DNA of 64,000 nucleotides from an uncultured Candidatus Berkelbacteria bacterium (GCA_903834195.1 CAILIB010000003.1:5477-69476), one strand, 5' to 3'; counted from the first letter of the stretch, positions 38,709-50,040 are shown. The notes: generated from the sequence alone by a model not told the origin. Numbers and translations: made by a program.

Positions 38709-41700
38709 ATGAAGCGTTCAAACAAGCGGCCAACCAGTCGCCTCAACCCTCTCGATTTACGGAAGACCGGCGGCAAGCTCCCAAAGAGCGGAATTGCTTC
38801 TACGCAAACCGAAAAGCTTCCCTTCTGGAAACGTCTCATCCCTTTCCAAAAAGGGTTCAAATTTTCTTGGAAAAAGTTTCTCCTCGGCATTCTCATACTT
38901 ATTGTGCTGCTATTTATCGCAATTGCAGCAGTTTTTGCGTACTACGTTCGCGACCTTCCGAACCCAACCAAGCTCATTGATCAAGTAGTTAACCAGTCAA
39001 CTAAAATTCTTGACCGTAATGGCACGCTCATATACTCGTTTCACGGTGATCAAAACCGCACACTCGTTACACTGGATAACATCAGTCCTAACCTCAAAAA
39101 TGCAACATTAGCGGTTGAGGATGCCAACTTTTATAACGAAAGTGGTTTTGCTGTTAAAGGAATTGCTCGCGCAGTGTACTGTCGTATCAATTCTCATTGC
39201 GGACTTGAATCTGGTGGTGGTTCAACAATTACTCAACAGTTCGTTAAGAACGCAATTCAAAGTGTAGACACAGCTTCAGGTAAGCCTGCAATTGCCTTCA
39301 CAAACCGGACACTCAGCGACAAAGTCAAAGAACTTATTCTTTCAATTGAAGTTGAACAGCGCTATAGCAAAGACGACATTCTAACTGGATACCTCAATAA
39401 CATCTCGTACGGAAACAGCACATACGGTATCGAGGCTGCTTCTGAGACCTACTTTGGTGTACATGCTAAAGATCTTACATTATCACAGGCCGCCACTCTT
39501 GCTGCCATCCCACAGCTGCCAACCTACTATTCTCCATACGGCACTCATCTCGATAAGCTTATGGCACGCAAAGCACTCGTACTCGATCGCATGGTAAAGG
39601 TTGGATATATTTCTCAGGCTGACGCTGACAAAGCAAAAACCGATGCACCTACATTAGACAACCCTTCATTTGCCAAACAAGGCGGGCTCGTTGCGCCTCA
39701 CTTCACATTCTTTGTTCGCCAGGCATTGATCGACTTTATCGGTGGTGACCCTGCAACTGCTGAACAGCGCCTCGATAGTTCCGGTATGATTGTCCACACC
39801 TCACTCGACATGAACACCCAAAACCTTGCCCAAGGTATCCTTGAAAACATGGGTCCTAATGCAGTCAAAAAATACAACGCTACAAACGCCGCCCTATCAG
39901 CTGTAGATCCAAATACAGGCGAAATTCTGGCTATGGTAGGTAGTATCGATTACACATCTTCAAAATCGGGAAATACAAACTTTGCTACAGCCGCACTGCA
40001 GCCGGGGTCATCATTCAAACCATTTGTATATGCAACTGAGTTTGATCCGGATCATAAAAAATCCCCTGCATCTATTACGTATGACGTGCCAACCGATTTT
40101 GGTGGTGGCTATGCACCAAATAACTATGATGGTAAATTCCGCGGCCCAATTACTGACCGTCTTGCCCTCGCAGGATCATTGAACATTCCAGCTGTAAAGA
40201 ACTTTTACATGGCCGGGAGCAAACAATCAATTGATACAGCACACCGCATGGGAATTACCACGTTAAATGCTGATCCTAGTACATACGGATTATCTCTCGT
40301 TCTTGGTAGTGGAGAAGTCCGCGGTGTGGACATGGCAAACTCATATGGAACATTCGCAAACGGCGGAACCGCACATGCACTTCGACCAATTTTATACATC
40401 GAACAAAGTGGCAAAACAATTAAAGACTATCGCACAGATGCAGGTAAAAAAGCCATTGAACCAGAAGTTGCCTACGAAATTAGCAACATCTTAAGTGATG
40501 TAAACGCTAAGCGACCAGTCTTTGGTTCACTTGTGAATAACCTTACGCTGTCCGATCGTACGGTAGCTGCTAAAACCGGTACAACTCAAAGCTTCCGAGA
40601 CAGTTGGACAGTTGGATACACTCCTCAAATTGCAGTTGCAGTTTGGGTAGGAAATAACGATCCTGGCAAAACCATGAATTCAGGCTCTGATGGATCAGTT
40701 GTTGCTGCCCCGATTTGGAAACAGTTTATGACGCAATACCTCGCTGGTAAGCCAGTGCTTGATTTCACAAAGCCAGATGACATCACGACGTTCACTGTTG
40801 ATAAGCTATCTGGGAAAATTCCTACTGATCAAACCCCGACCACTGACGGTTCTCGCATTACAGATATTTTTGCACCATGGCAGATTCCAAAAGACTTCGA
40901 CGATGTTCATCAACTTGTTAAAATTGATAAAGTTTCAGGCAAGCTTGCAACAAGTCTAACCCCTGCCGAAGACATCGTTGATCAGTTCTATTTCAATGTA
41001 CATTCTGAGGAACCCGACAAACCAAACTGGGAAAATCCTGTGCAAGCATGGGCATTGGCAAATGGCGGCGGATCAACTCCTCCAACCGCAACTGATGATG
41101 TACATACCGACACAAATAAACCAACAATTTCGATTACCGCTCCGGCTAATAATTCAACAATTACTGGACCATTTACTATCACTACAAGTGTAGGTGGACC
41201 ACAAGCAATCACAAAAGTTGAATTCTTTATTAACAATGTTTCAGTTGGAACTGCAACTCAAGCACCATGGCAACTTGACTATGATGCAAGTTCTCTTCCA
41301 TCTGGAAGTGAAATTATTGAGACTACAGTAACGAATAGCTTAGGACTCACAAGCTCTACGCAGATTACCGTAACTAAAGGTGATGCTGCCCCACCAACTC
41401 CACCAGAAATTCCTGGACCAGTTACGAGTGCCACCGCAACCAATGGAATGATTCACCCAGTCCTTAAAGCAGTTCATTTAAGTTGGCTGAACCCTGCGAG
41501 CACTGCACTGAGTTCAGTTGTAATTTATCAATCAAGCACAAGCACCGCACTTGGAACACAGGTAAAAAGCCTTGCAGCTACTTCAGGAGCAGCAGCATCA
41601 ACTGATATTACAATAACAACCCCTGGAACATATTACTTTACGATTAGAACTGCAAATTCAGCCGGTGACCAGAATACTCCTGGCGTAACCGTAATGGCAC

Positions 41701-41714
41701 AAGTACTACCGTAA
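38709..41714 (+). CDS. Class A penicillin-binding protein (PBP1A family) with C-terminal Ig/FN3-like domains
   Basis: EDANF, GGSTITQQ, SSFK, SLN, KTGT motifs. Confidence 0.95.
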   Translation: MKRSNKRPTSRLNPLDLRKTGGKLPKSGIASTQTEKLPFWKRLIPFQKGFKFSWKKFLLGILILIVLLFIAIAAVFAYYVRDLPNPTKLIDQVVNQSTKILDRNGTLIYSFHGDQNRTLVTLDNISPNLKNATLAVEDANFYNESGFAVKGIARAVYCRINSHCGLESGGGSTITQQFVKNAIQSVDTASGKPAIAFTNRTLSDKVKELILSIEVEQRYSKDDILTGYLNNISYGNSTYGIEAASETYFGVHAKDLTLSQAATLAAIPQLPTYYSPYGTHLDKLMARKALVLDRMVKVGYISQADADKAKTDAPTLDNPSFAKQGGLVAPHFTFFVRQALIDFIGGDPATAEQRLDSSGMIVHTSLDMNTQNLAQGILENMGPNAVKKYNATNAALSAVDPNTGEILAMVGSIDYTSSKSGNTNFATAALQPGSSFKPFVYATEFDPDHKKSPASITYDVPTDFGGGYAPNNYDGKFRGPITDRLALAGSLNIPAVKNFYMAGSKQSIDTAHRMGITTLNADPSTYGLSLVLGSGEVRGVDMANSYGTFANGGTAHALRPILYIEQSGKTIKDYRTDAGKKAIEPEVAYEISNILSDVNAKRPVFGSLVNNLTLSDRTVAAKTGTTQSFRDSWTVGYTPQIAVAVWVGNNDPGKTMNSGSDGSVVAAPIWKQFMTQYLAGKPVLDFTKPDDITTFTVDKLSGKIPTDQTPTTDGSRITDIFAPWQIPKDFDDVHQLVKIDKVSGKLATSLTPAEDIVDQFYFNVHSEEPDKPNWENPVQAWALANGGGSTPPTATDDVHTDTNKPTISITAPANNSTITGPFTITTSVGGPQAITKVEFFINNVSVGTATQAPWQLDYDASSLPSGSEIIETTVTNSLGLTSSTQITVTKGDAAPPTPPEIPGPVTSATATNGMIHPVLKAVHLSWLNPASTALSSVVIYQSSTSTALGTQVKSLAATSGAAASTDITITTPGTYYFTIRTANSAGDQNTPGVTVMAQVLP

Positions 41715-43061
41715 CTAGAGTTCCTTCGACGAGCCTTTTTTCTCTATTCCTAGTGCCTTTAAGAGCTGTTTCAGCTCTTTTTGGTAACCTGTATGTGTGT
41801 ATCCGAGTTGCTCGATTTCTTTTTCGCGACGAGCTTGTTGTTGGACACGTCGTACCTCTCCACCTAGTCCAACTTCACCGATAACACAAAGCTTCTCGTC
41901 GAGTGTTTTGTTTAGTGCTGCAGAAGCAAGTGCTACACACACAGCAGCATCAACAGCCGGATCTTTAATTTTCATACCGCCAACAACGTTCACAAAAACA
42001 TCTTGACTACTTAAATCAATTCCTGCACGACGCTGCAGGACTGCAAGAAGTAGGTTGAGACGATTTAAATCAAACCCCGAGGCAGTTCGACGCGGATATC
42101 CGAACACACTTGGAACTGTAAGCGCCTGAATTTCTACAAGCATTGGACGACTTCCTTCCATGACAGTGGAGAGAATAGAACCAGGTACTTGAACTCGTTC
42201 ACCGAGCAAAAACTGAGCTGGGTTTGTAACTTCTTGGAGACCTTTTTCTCCCATTGCAAGGAGGCCGGTTTCACTAATATCACCAAACCGATTTTTTACT
42301 GCCCGTAATATACGAAGGTCGTGCTGCGAATCTCCTTCTAAGTACAGAACTACATCAACTAAGTGTTCTAGTGTACGAGGCCCTGCAACTGTACCCTCTT
42401 TTGTAATGTGACCTACAAGCACAACTGGAACACCAATTCCTTTAGCGAGTTGTTGAATACGAATTGCAGTCTCGCGGACTTGCACGATACTTCCCGGAGT
42501 AGAGGGGAAAGCTGGATCGTACATAGTCTGAATAGAATCAATAATAACCAAGGCTGGCTTTTCGTTCTCAATTTGTGCAGCAATACTATCTACGTTTGTA
42601 GCTGCAAGTACATGCACCGCATCTGCTTCGGCACCAAGACGCTCGGAACGCAATTTAATTTGCTCAGGAGATTCTTCACCGCTTACATATAACACAACAC
42701 CTTCAACATGCGCTGCAACTTGAAGTAATAATGTACTTTTACCTATTCCTGGATCACCACCCAGTAAAATAACACTTCCTGGGACAATGCCACCACCAAG
42801 TACACGATCAACTTCTCCAACACCAGAGGAGCGCCGTACTAAACGCTCACCTTGTACATCACTCAGCTTCTGAACTTGTTGTGTAGTTTGCCCGCTATAC
42901 CCACCAGTACGTACATTTTTATTTCGCTCTGAACTTGTTGGAACAGAAAACTCTTTTAACGTATTCCACTCTCCACAGTTTGAACAACGCCCTTGCCACT
43001 GCAAGAACTCTTCACCGCAACTATTACAGACGAAAACTGTGGTTGATTTACTTTTAGCCAT
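41715..43061 (-). CDS. radA: DNA repair protein RadA/Sms
   Basis: C4 zinc finger, GDPGIGKST, KNRFG. Confidence 0.98.
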   Translation of the reverse strand: MAKSKSTTVFVCNSCGEEFLQWQGRCSNCGEWNTLKEFSVPTSSERNKNVRTGGYSGQTTQQVQKLSDVQGERLVRRSSGVGEVDRVLGGGIVPGSVILLGGDPGIGKSTLLLQVAAHVEGVVLYVSGEESPEQIKLRSERLGAEADAVHVLAATNVDSIAAQIENEKPALVIIDSIQTMYDPAFPSTPGSIVQVRETAIRIQQLAKGIGVPVVLVGHITKEGTVAGPRTLEHLVDVVLYLEGDSQHDLRILRAVKNRFGDISETGLLAMGEKGLQEVTNPAQFLLGERVQVPGSILSTVMEGSRPMLVEIQALTVPSVFGYPRRTASGFDLNRLNLLLAVLQRRAGIDLSSQDVFVNVVGGMKIKDPAVDAAVCVALASAALNKTLDEKLCVIGEVGLGGEVRRVQQQARREKEIEQLGYTHTGYQKELKQLLKALGIEKKGSSKEL

Positions 43062-43121
43062 ACAGTTACTATACCGAACAAATTACGAAGTTCAACACTA
43101 GTACAGTGTGGAGTAGCAAAA

Positions 43122-44768
43122 CTAATCTAGAGAAATAATATTTTGAATATGGCAAACCGGAGAAGAAACGTCCCGCCACGTTTCACATTCAACTGTATAC
43201 ACTACTCGGTACATTCCCCCATCTTGAACATCTCTATCCCCTTGCTGAAATGCAATTGCTTTTTTTCGTACCGATCCTTCAGTTAAAAACCCACTCAAGT
43301 GTTGTCCAGTACTCCCAACTTTTCGCAGCCCATTAAGAGTGCACACAGTCTCAAAAAGAGGTCGTGAAAACCCAATTCCAAATGGCTCCATCTCTTCAAG
43401 TGCAGTGCATAAATCAAGGGTTACATCACTCAAATTAAGTTCTAATTCAGCCGTTCGTTCAGCAGCACGTCGTAAATCTGCCAATGTAAACCCTTGCGCC
43501 TGAACATATGTAGATAACTTTGTTCGAAACTGATCGATATCCCCGATAAAGGTAAGTCCTGCAGCTTTTGTATGCCCACCAAACCGCTCCAATTCATCCT
43601 TACTCGCCTCTAACATCTCAACAGCATGAACTGCACCCACACTCCGTACTGAACCCTTAATTACCCCATCTTCTGGTGCCAAAGCGATAACAGGACGTTT
43701 ATATCTATCCATAAGCCTACTCGCAACTAAGCCTATTACCCCTGTTGACCACGTCTCGTGAAACACAACTAATACAAGTGCATCGTCCATTTCACTTGCC
43801 TGTCGCTCTGCTTCGAGTAGATGTGTATCAACTAATGCTTGGCGCTCAGTGTTTTGGTCTGTAAGATGTCGTGCAAGTTGAGCAGCTTGCCGAGCATCAC
43901 TCGTAATTAAAAGCTGCACTGCTGCATTTACGCCTGCAACTAATTCATTGTGCATTCGTGAAGGAGCATTAATGCGCGGAGCAATCTTAAATCCAACATC
44001 ACCTGCGGATACTGTATCAATTTGAACTCCAGCAGACTCAACTAATGCGCGTATTCCCACATTTTTGCTTTTTTGTAACACGTGTAACCCATATCGAGCA
44101 AATAAGCGATTTTCACCTACAAGAGGAACCATATCCGCAATTGTAGAAATTGCCACTAAATCCAGCTCCCATTTCAACTGCTGCACATCTTCACTTCGTG
44201 AGACATACAACTGCTCAACTACCTTCCAGGATAAGCCGCAGGCACACATCTCTTTAAACTCGTACGGGCAATTTTCTTGCTTAGGATTAATAATTGCAAG
44301 TGCACGATCGGCTATCTCACCAACTTGTGGTTCATGGTGATCAATTACAATGACATCAATTCCTGCATCTGCAATTTGAGCAATTTCCGCCTTTGCAACC
44401 GTCCCATTATCCACCGTGATAAGTAACCTAGGTGCACGAGAAATAACCTCAGCAACTATTACCGAAGTTAACCCATACCCTTGTGCACGACTTGGAATAA
44501 GTGGCACAACTTTCATGCCCAATGTACTCAAAGTTCGTACAAGTAAGGCTGTTGCTGGCACGCCGTCAGCATCATAATCCCCGAAGATTAAAACCTCTTC
44601 AGCTAACTCAATAGCCTTATTTAACCGAGAAACAACGACATCCATACCAAGCATTTTGGATGCATCATACTGATCTTTGTAAAAATCAGGTCGCAAAAAA
44701 TGCTCCTGTTCAGCAAGTGGTATTCCACGACCAACTAAGATCTTTTCTAATATCGGATTAACTGACAT
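43122..44768 (-). CDS. recJ: ssDNA exonuclease RecJ
   Basis: GDYDADG, TVDNG, DHH, GGH. Confidence 0.96.
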   Translation of the reverse strand: MSVNPILEKILVGRGIPLAEQEHFLRPDFYKDQYDASKMLGMDVVVSRLNKAIELAEEVLIFGDYDADGVPATALLVRTLSTLGMKVVPLIPSRAQGYGLTSVIVAEVISRAPRLLITVDNGTVAKAEIAQIADAGIDVIVIDHHEPQVGEIADRALAIINPKQENCPYEFKEMCACGLSWKVVEQLYVSRSEDVQQLKWELDLVAISTIADMVPLVGENRLFARYGLHVLQKSKNVGIRALVESAGVQIDTVSAGDVGFKIAPRINAPSRMHNELVAGVNAAVQLLITSDARQAAQLARHLTDQNTERQALVDTHLLEAERQASEMDDALVLVVFHETWSTGVIGLVASRLMDRYKRPVIALAPEDGVIKGSVRSVGAVHAVEMLEASKDELERFGGHTKAAGLTFIGDIDQFRTKLSTYVQAQGFTLADLRRAAERTAELELNLSDVTLDLCTALEEMEPFGIGFSRPLFETVCTLNGLRKVGSTGQHLSGFLTEGSVRKKAIAFQQGDRDVQDGGMYRVVYTVECETWRDVSSPVCHIQNIISLD

Positions 44769-45573
44769 ACGCCCAACGATCTATGCGCAGGTCGACGTGA
44801 GAACTGGCAGTATTAACCTTATTCTGATGCACAAGACGTGTAAGGTTACGCACTTGCACACCCGCATCTCCCAACGTATTAAACTGAACTTGCATCCCCT
44901 CTTTTGTGAAGACAGTTAAATCATATGTACTATTTCCAACTTGAGCACTTGTTACATGTACACCTGGTAAATCTGTCAGAAAATCAGTTTGCAAAACTTC
45001 TATAAACGAGATGAATGTACGACCAACTAATGGCTTACCCAGTGTTACGTTAATATTTTTAGTATCAACTACATGCGGTAAACTGGCGATTTTGGCCCCT
45101 GCCGAACTTGCCACATCTGGAAGAGTGTCTTGAGTGTATTGAGTAAAAGCAATTCCCTGACTATCAACCAGAATCGACATACCATTACTTACCCACACAA
45201 AGGCAGGTTGTCGCTCAGTTATTACAAGACGAAGCGTATCTGGAATACCGCGTAGAATACTTACATTCGTAACGAGTGGATCCTGCGCAATGCCTTTGAG
45301 AATTGTATCTTTAGGCAAGAACCAAATACTTCCACCGAGTGGAACTGACTTACTAAGTTCATCAGGATTGCTGAGAATTACACCTTGAATATCAACTTTT
45401 CGTACTCGAAAAAAGGGACCAAAAAATACTGCATAGAGTAGGAGAATTGCACCAATACCAAGTGATACTTGTTTAACTGTACGAAAGAAAAAAGACCAGT
45501 CACGCCGTGGCTTCTGGAGACTACCGTAAATTTTGGGCATTTGACGTACGTAACGTCGAGGTGCGCGTGCCAT
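44758..45573 (-). CDS. ftsQ: Cell division protein FtsQ/DivIB
   Basis: One TM, POTRA-like region (PDTLRLVITERQP), C-terminal VDLR; dcw position. Confidence 0.85.
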   Translation of the reverse strand: MARAPRRYVRQMPKIYGSLQKPRRDWSFFFRTVKQVSLGIGAILLLYAVFFGPFFRVRKVDIQGVILSNPDELSKSVPLGGSIWFLPKDTILKGIAQDPLVTNVSILRGIPDTLRLVITERQPAFVWVSNGMSILVDSQGIAFTQYTQDTLPDVASSAGAKIASLPHVVDTKNINVTLGKPLVGRTFISFIEVLQTDFLTDLPGVHVTSAQVGNSTYDLTVFTKEGMQVQFNTLGDAGVQVRNLTRLVHQNKVNTASSHVDLRIDRWAYVS

Positions 45574-45591
45574 ATACGTATTATACCTTAC

Positions 45592-46545
45592 TCATTCCCA
45601 TAGACCGATGCGTTCAAAGGCAGGGCGTAATTCTGCACCAGTTGCATGCCATGCTGCTTGTTGAATCTGTGTAACCATATTCCACACTGAACTCGCCGAT
45701 GGCTGCACCTTACCTTTTCGAAGGTAATTTCGATTGCGTTTTTCAACATACAATCCATCTACTCTAATCTTGTCGATTCCAGAAGCTGATAAAATTTCTT
45801 CAAGATTTTGATCTGGAAGAGGTAAAAAGAGTGGACCAAACACTTCACCTTTTGGAACTGATCGCGCCAACCCTTTTACTTGCTCAGTGATACGTCGAAT
45901 CAACTCATCACTCCTCACTGAGGTTAACTGGATATGAGCATTCAAAATGACAGGTCGAGGCTCATCAATTGAACGATCAACTCGTAGCTGCTGTAATTTC
46001 GTCAGACCACCATCTTTTGTTAACCAATCAGCTTTATACCGTACCATTGTTACATCAACTTTCATTTTTGTTGGAGGCATAAGCATAGTTACATAACGCA
46101 CTGACGAAAGTATATTCTGGCCATTTGCACCAGCATTCGTATATAATGCTCCCCCAATAGTTCCCCCCACTCCGTAGAGTGAAGTTAACCCGCCAAAACC
46201 CTGACTAGCTGCTGACGTAATAAAACGCTGTAATTGCATTCCACTATCAACAATCATCTGGCTATGGTCTGCGGTCATAACGCAATTTGATGAAAGGTTG
46301 TGGATAACTAAACCAGGAAAACCGCCATCAGAAAATAAAACTCCCTCTCCAGCACCTACTACTACATAGGGAACTTTCGCGTCAATTGCACCTTTTACAG
46401 CTTCTATAAGTTCAATGGCATCGTGAGCTATGGTGAAAAAATCTGTAGTTCCTCCAACACTCAGTGCATTAAATTGAGCCAAGGATACATTTTCCTCAAC
46501 CTGCGATATTCGTCGTAATAATTCAGCACGAACCCCACTCACCAT
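45592..46545 (-). CDS. Degenerate MurB paralogue
   Basis: FAD-domain motifs (SVGG, VVGAGEGVLFSD, GTIGGALYTNAG) kept; catalytic motifs lost. Confidence 0.75.
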   Translation of the reverse strand: MVSGVRAELLRRISQVEENVSLAQFNALSVGGTTDFFTIAHDAIELIEAVKGAIDAKVPYVVVGAGEGVLFSDGGFPGLVIHNLSSNCVMTADHSQMIVDSGMQLQRFITSAASQGFGGLTSLYGVGGTIGGALYTNAGANGQNILSSVRYVTMLMPPTKMKVDVTMVRYKADWLTKDGGLTKLQQLRVDRSIDEPRPVILNAHIQLTSVRSDELIRRITEQVKGLARSVPKGEVFGPLFLPLPDQNLEEILSASGIDKIRVDGLYVEKRNRNYLRKGKVQPSASSVWNMVTQIQQAAWHATGAELRPAFERIGLWE

Positions 46546-47600
46546 ACAAATCGTTCACCATTTTCAGTAATACACTCGGCTTCAGGATGCAGTGTCACAC
46601 CATACTTTTCCTTAACGGTTTCTCGAACTTGCTGAACGAGTGCAATAAAATCAGCCTGAGTGCCCGTGCCTAAATTTGTAATAAAATTTCCATGTGTTGG
46701 ATACACCTGCATACCTCCATACTGCCTCCCTAATTGACCAGAAAATTCTACATAATACCCTGCAGCACCTGAAGTCTCACCAGCAGGTATTTCAGAAGGT
46801 TCCAAATTCTGAAATACAGAACCACAGTTTGCAGCTATTGGCTGAATAGTATTTTTAGTTTTTGTCCAATCTAAATACTGCGTCTTCGCAGCTGCTATTT
46901 GTTCTGTAGGAGCTGCAAATAATCGTAGAATTACTGAGGTAATTACCTCAGTACTTGTGTGAAATCGACTATAATCATAGCCAAATTCGGATTCATTTAC
47001 TGGGTAGAACCGAGTTTCGCCTTTTCCATCTCGTGACACACAGTTAACACCAACTATTACTTCTGATAGTAAATGTTTTTCACCATGAATATTATTAAAT
47101 ACTGCCCCACCTACGTTACAAGGAATTCGTGCAAACCAATGCAATCCAGTTAACCCTTGATTCAAAGACCACATAACAGCCTGTCCCCAGGCAACTCCTG
47201 CACCTAGTTCCACATATGTCGGAGCGCCTTCAGACACAACTTTTCCTTCTAACGCCAGATACTTTTCTCCTTCTCCACGAGCATATCTTGGTGCAGCATT
47301 ATATGGTTCAATTTTATCATACTTTTTCATACTCACTTCATCGCTCGATAAGACAGTGCACAAAGTAAGAGCAGGTTGAATTACCAACCCATCCATACCA
47401 GCATCGGCAAAAAGTATATCACTACCACCACCAATTATTCTGGTTTTAATATCTGCTTCTTGGGCCAGAATAAGATCTTCCTGCAATTCTTCGATGGTTG
47501 TTGGTCGAGAAAAATAGGCAATTTCACCACCAACTTTAATACTCGTCAACTGACTTCCGAGTACACCTTTTTTCCAACGCTCAGGAATTACTGTCGCCAT
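46539..47600 (-). CDS. murB: UDP-N-acetylenolpyruvoylglucosamine reductase
   Basis: IGGGSDIL, IPCNVGGA, CGSVFQN, HGNF, LHPE. Confidence 0.88.
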   Translation of the reverse strand: MATVIPERWKKGVLGSQLTSIKVGGEIAYFSRPTTIEELQEDLILAQEADIKTRIIGGGSDILFADAGMDGLVIQPALTLCTVLSSDEVSMKKYDKIEPYNAAPRYARGEGEKYLALEGKVVSEGAPTYVELGAGVAWGQAVMWSLNQGLTGLHWFARIPCNVGGAVFNNIHGEKHLLSEVIVGVNCVSRDGKGETRFYPVNESEFGYDYSRFHTSTEVITSVILRLFAAPTEQIAAAKTQYLDWTKTKNTIQPIAANCGSVFQNLEPSEIPAGETSGAAGYYVEFSGQLGRQYGGMQVYPTHGNFITNLGTGTQADFIALVQQVRETVKEKYGVTLHPEAECITENGERFVW

Positions 47601-48907
47601 TTTTCCAAAAGGTTACTTATACTACCCGCACCAACATTAATAATAACACCTGAAACTTTACTTACTTCTTTAACATACTCACCCACCTCATCAAGGGTAT
47701 GCAAGGTAGTTAGTTTAAATGAATGTTTTCCAGTCTCAATTTCTTTCGCAACGTCATCAATTGTAACGTCTATATCATCCTCACGACCAGGGACGTGAAA
47801 TATTGGTGCAAGTACTAGCTCAGTAGGAGCCGGATCATCAAAAGCTCGGGCAAAATCTTTGAGCAATGCCTGAGTGCGTGCTTTTTGATGCGGTTGAAAT
47901 ATCACAGTCACATGTTCAGTTGGAAATTTTTCCCGGACACCTTTCATAAGTGCCTGAATTTCGCGTGGATGATGAGCATAATCATCATATAACTCAGCCT
48001 TATTCCAAATACCAAGGTACTCAAACCGTCGCCCGACACCTGGAAAACTATTTAGTGCTTTCTTGATTAGATCATGTGAAATACCCAACTCATGGGCAAT
48101 GCGTGCAGCAGCAGTTGCATTTAATAGATTATGTAGACCTGGCTGCGGAACTGTAACCCCAGGCCAGAGATGAAATTCATCATACCAACGAAACTTGTAT
48201 GAAAAACTCTTACACACTTTCCGTATACGGGCATCACGTCCGTACGCCACAACCAACCCAGTTTTCCCAGGCAGATTTCGCAGGAACCGTTTATACGACT
48301 GCTCAATTTCGGGAAGACCCTTAGTGTAATAATCAGTATGATCCAGATCAATATTTAGGATAACCGCCATTTGCGGTGTAAATCGATGAAAGGAACGATC
48401 GTATTCATCTGCTTCTAATACAAGATACTTACTTTGACCAATCTTTGTAGTGTTATTCCATGCACGAATATTTCCTCCCACAAAAACTGTTGGATCGAGT
48501 CCTGCTTGATCAAGTATCCAGCCCACCATAGCTGTTGTTGTAGTTTTTCCGTGTGCGCCAGAAATACAAATAGTGAACTTTTCTCGAGTTAGCTTACCTA
48601 TCCACTCAGAGCGTTTAACAATTGAAATGCCACGGTTACGCAAGGTTTCAACTTCAGCAAAACTTGGCGAATTAGGTGTAGCTGCAGCCGTCATTACAGC
48701 TTCAGTTACAGTCGTTGGAATTTTCTCAGGATCACTACCTATGTGAATGTTAGCTCCTAACGCTTGAAGTCGAGCAACATTAGGCGAAAATGATGCATCA
48801 CTTCCCGAAACATCCCACCCCATTTGTAGTGCGTAATCGGCAATCCAAACCATACCAACGCCACCAGCTCCAACCAAATAAATGTGAGGTTTTTGAGTTT
48901 CTATCAT
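47588..48907 (-). CDS. murC: UDP-N-acetylmuramate--L-alanine ligase
   Basis: GAGGVGM, GAHGKTTT, EADEYD, DDYAHHP. Confidence 0.95.
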   Translation of the reverse strand: MIETQKPHIYLVGAGGVGMVWIADYALQMGWDVSGSDASFSPNVARLQALGANIHIGSDPEKIPTTVTEAVMTAAATPNSPSFAEVETLRNRGISIVKRSEWIGKLTREKFTICISGAHGKTTTTAMVGWILDQAGLDPTVFVGGNIRAWNNTTKIGQSKYLVLEADEYDRSFHRFTPQMAVILNIDLDHTDYYTKGLPEIEQSYKRFLRNLPGKTGLVVAYGRDARIRKVCKSFSYKFRWYDEFHLWPGVTVPQPGLHNLLNATAAARIAHELGISHDLIKKALNSFPGVGRRFEYLGIWNKAELYDDYAHHPREIQALMKGVREKFPTEHVTVIFQPHQKARTQALLKDFARAFDDPAPTELVLAPIFHVPGREDDIDVTIDDVAKEIETGKHSFKLTTLHTLDEVGEYVKEVSKVSGVIINVGAGSISNLLEKWRQ

Positions 48908-50040
48908 GTTGGTATGCTACCAGAAAGCATGAATTTCGCCATTTCTCGCGCAGCATTCGGAAAATCAAATTGACCAATTGCATCACGCAACGCAGCTTGC
49001 GCAGTCTGGTTTTCAAGAATGTACATAATTTGATGTGCTAATTCTACTGAAGTTCCAGAAACTTCATCAAAAACCTGTACAGCACCAGCTTTTTCGAACA
49101 CAGCAGCATTGGCTTGCTGATGGTTTTGGGCTGAGGTTGAAAGTGGTACAAGGATAACTGCCGCCCGCACCGCAGCAAGTTCAGCAATTGTTCCTCCTGC
49201 CCTACTTACCACAACATCACTCTGCTGAAACAAGGCCGGCAACTCATCACTTACAAAAGGAGCAATCCATAATTTTTCACGCACATGAACTGGTAATTCT
49301 GACGCAGCATGAGAAAATTCGGCATAATCTCGCTGGCCTGTAATGTGCACAATATTCATTTTTTCGAGCAGTGTTTCCCAGGAGTTCTGAATATGCACAT
49401 TTAGTCGATGACCACCCTGACTACCTCCAGTAACCGTCAACAAGGGTGTTTTAACAGTGCGACCATCCAGCTCAATATTTTCATGGCGATGATCAGCATA
49501 AAATTCAGCTCGGACTGGCTGACCAACTTGTTGCAGCTTCGCTTTTGGCAAATTCTTATATGAATCAACCGGATAGGCAGTGAAAATACGTCGCGCATAC
49601 CGTGCGGTCATTTTATTTGCCAAACCTGGAATTACATCAGTTTCATGAGTAACTAAGGGAATTCGAAGAGCTGTTGCCATAATTGATACCGGCACAGCTA
49701 CATGCCCACCAGCAGCAAAAATATAATCTGGTCGCATTGTTCGAACGAGCTTTCCAGCCTCTCCCAACCCTTTCACAAACTTAGAAAATTCCTTAACATG
49801 CTTCCAGGTAAGGTATCGATTCAACTTTCCTGAAGACACTTCGTACCGGTCAAATTTCAATTCACTCTCGCGAATAAGCGGAGATTGCACATCACTTGAA
49901 AGGCCAGCATAGGCACAGTTAACATCCAAGCTTTCTTCCTTGCCCAGAGCCAATACTTGTTCCATGACAGCAAGACACTTGCTGATATGGCCAGAAGTTC
50001 CACCTCCAACGAATAAGATCTTTATACTACTTTTGTGCAT
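48904..50040 (-). CDS. murG: Lipid II GlcNAc transferase
   Basis: GGGTSGH, HETD, GGSQG, HQQANA. Confidence 0.93.
   Translation of the reverse strand: MHKSSIKILFVGGGTSGHISKCLAVMEQVLALGKEESLDVNCAYAGLSSDVQSPLIRESELKFDRYEVSSGKLNRYLTWKHVKEFSKFVKGLGEAGKLVRTMRPDYIFAAGGHVAVPVSIMATALRIPLVTHETDVIPGLANKMTARYARRIFTAYPVDSYKNLPKAKLQQVGQPVRAEFYADHRHENIELDGRTVKTPLLTVTGGSQGGHRLNVHIQNSWETLLEKMNIVHITGQRDYAEFSHAASELPVHVREKLWIAPFVSDELPALFQQSDVVVSRAGGTIAELAAVRAAVILVPLSTSAQNHQQANAAVFEKAGAVQVFDEVSGTSVELAHQIMYILENQTAQAALRDAIGQFDFPNAAREMAKFMLSGSIPT

Noticed and set aside
43075..43093. LexA box upstream of radA (CGAAC...GTTC)
   Set aside because: The half-sites are 10 nt apart rather than 4, and no second example was seen at recO, mutM or recJ
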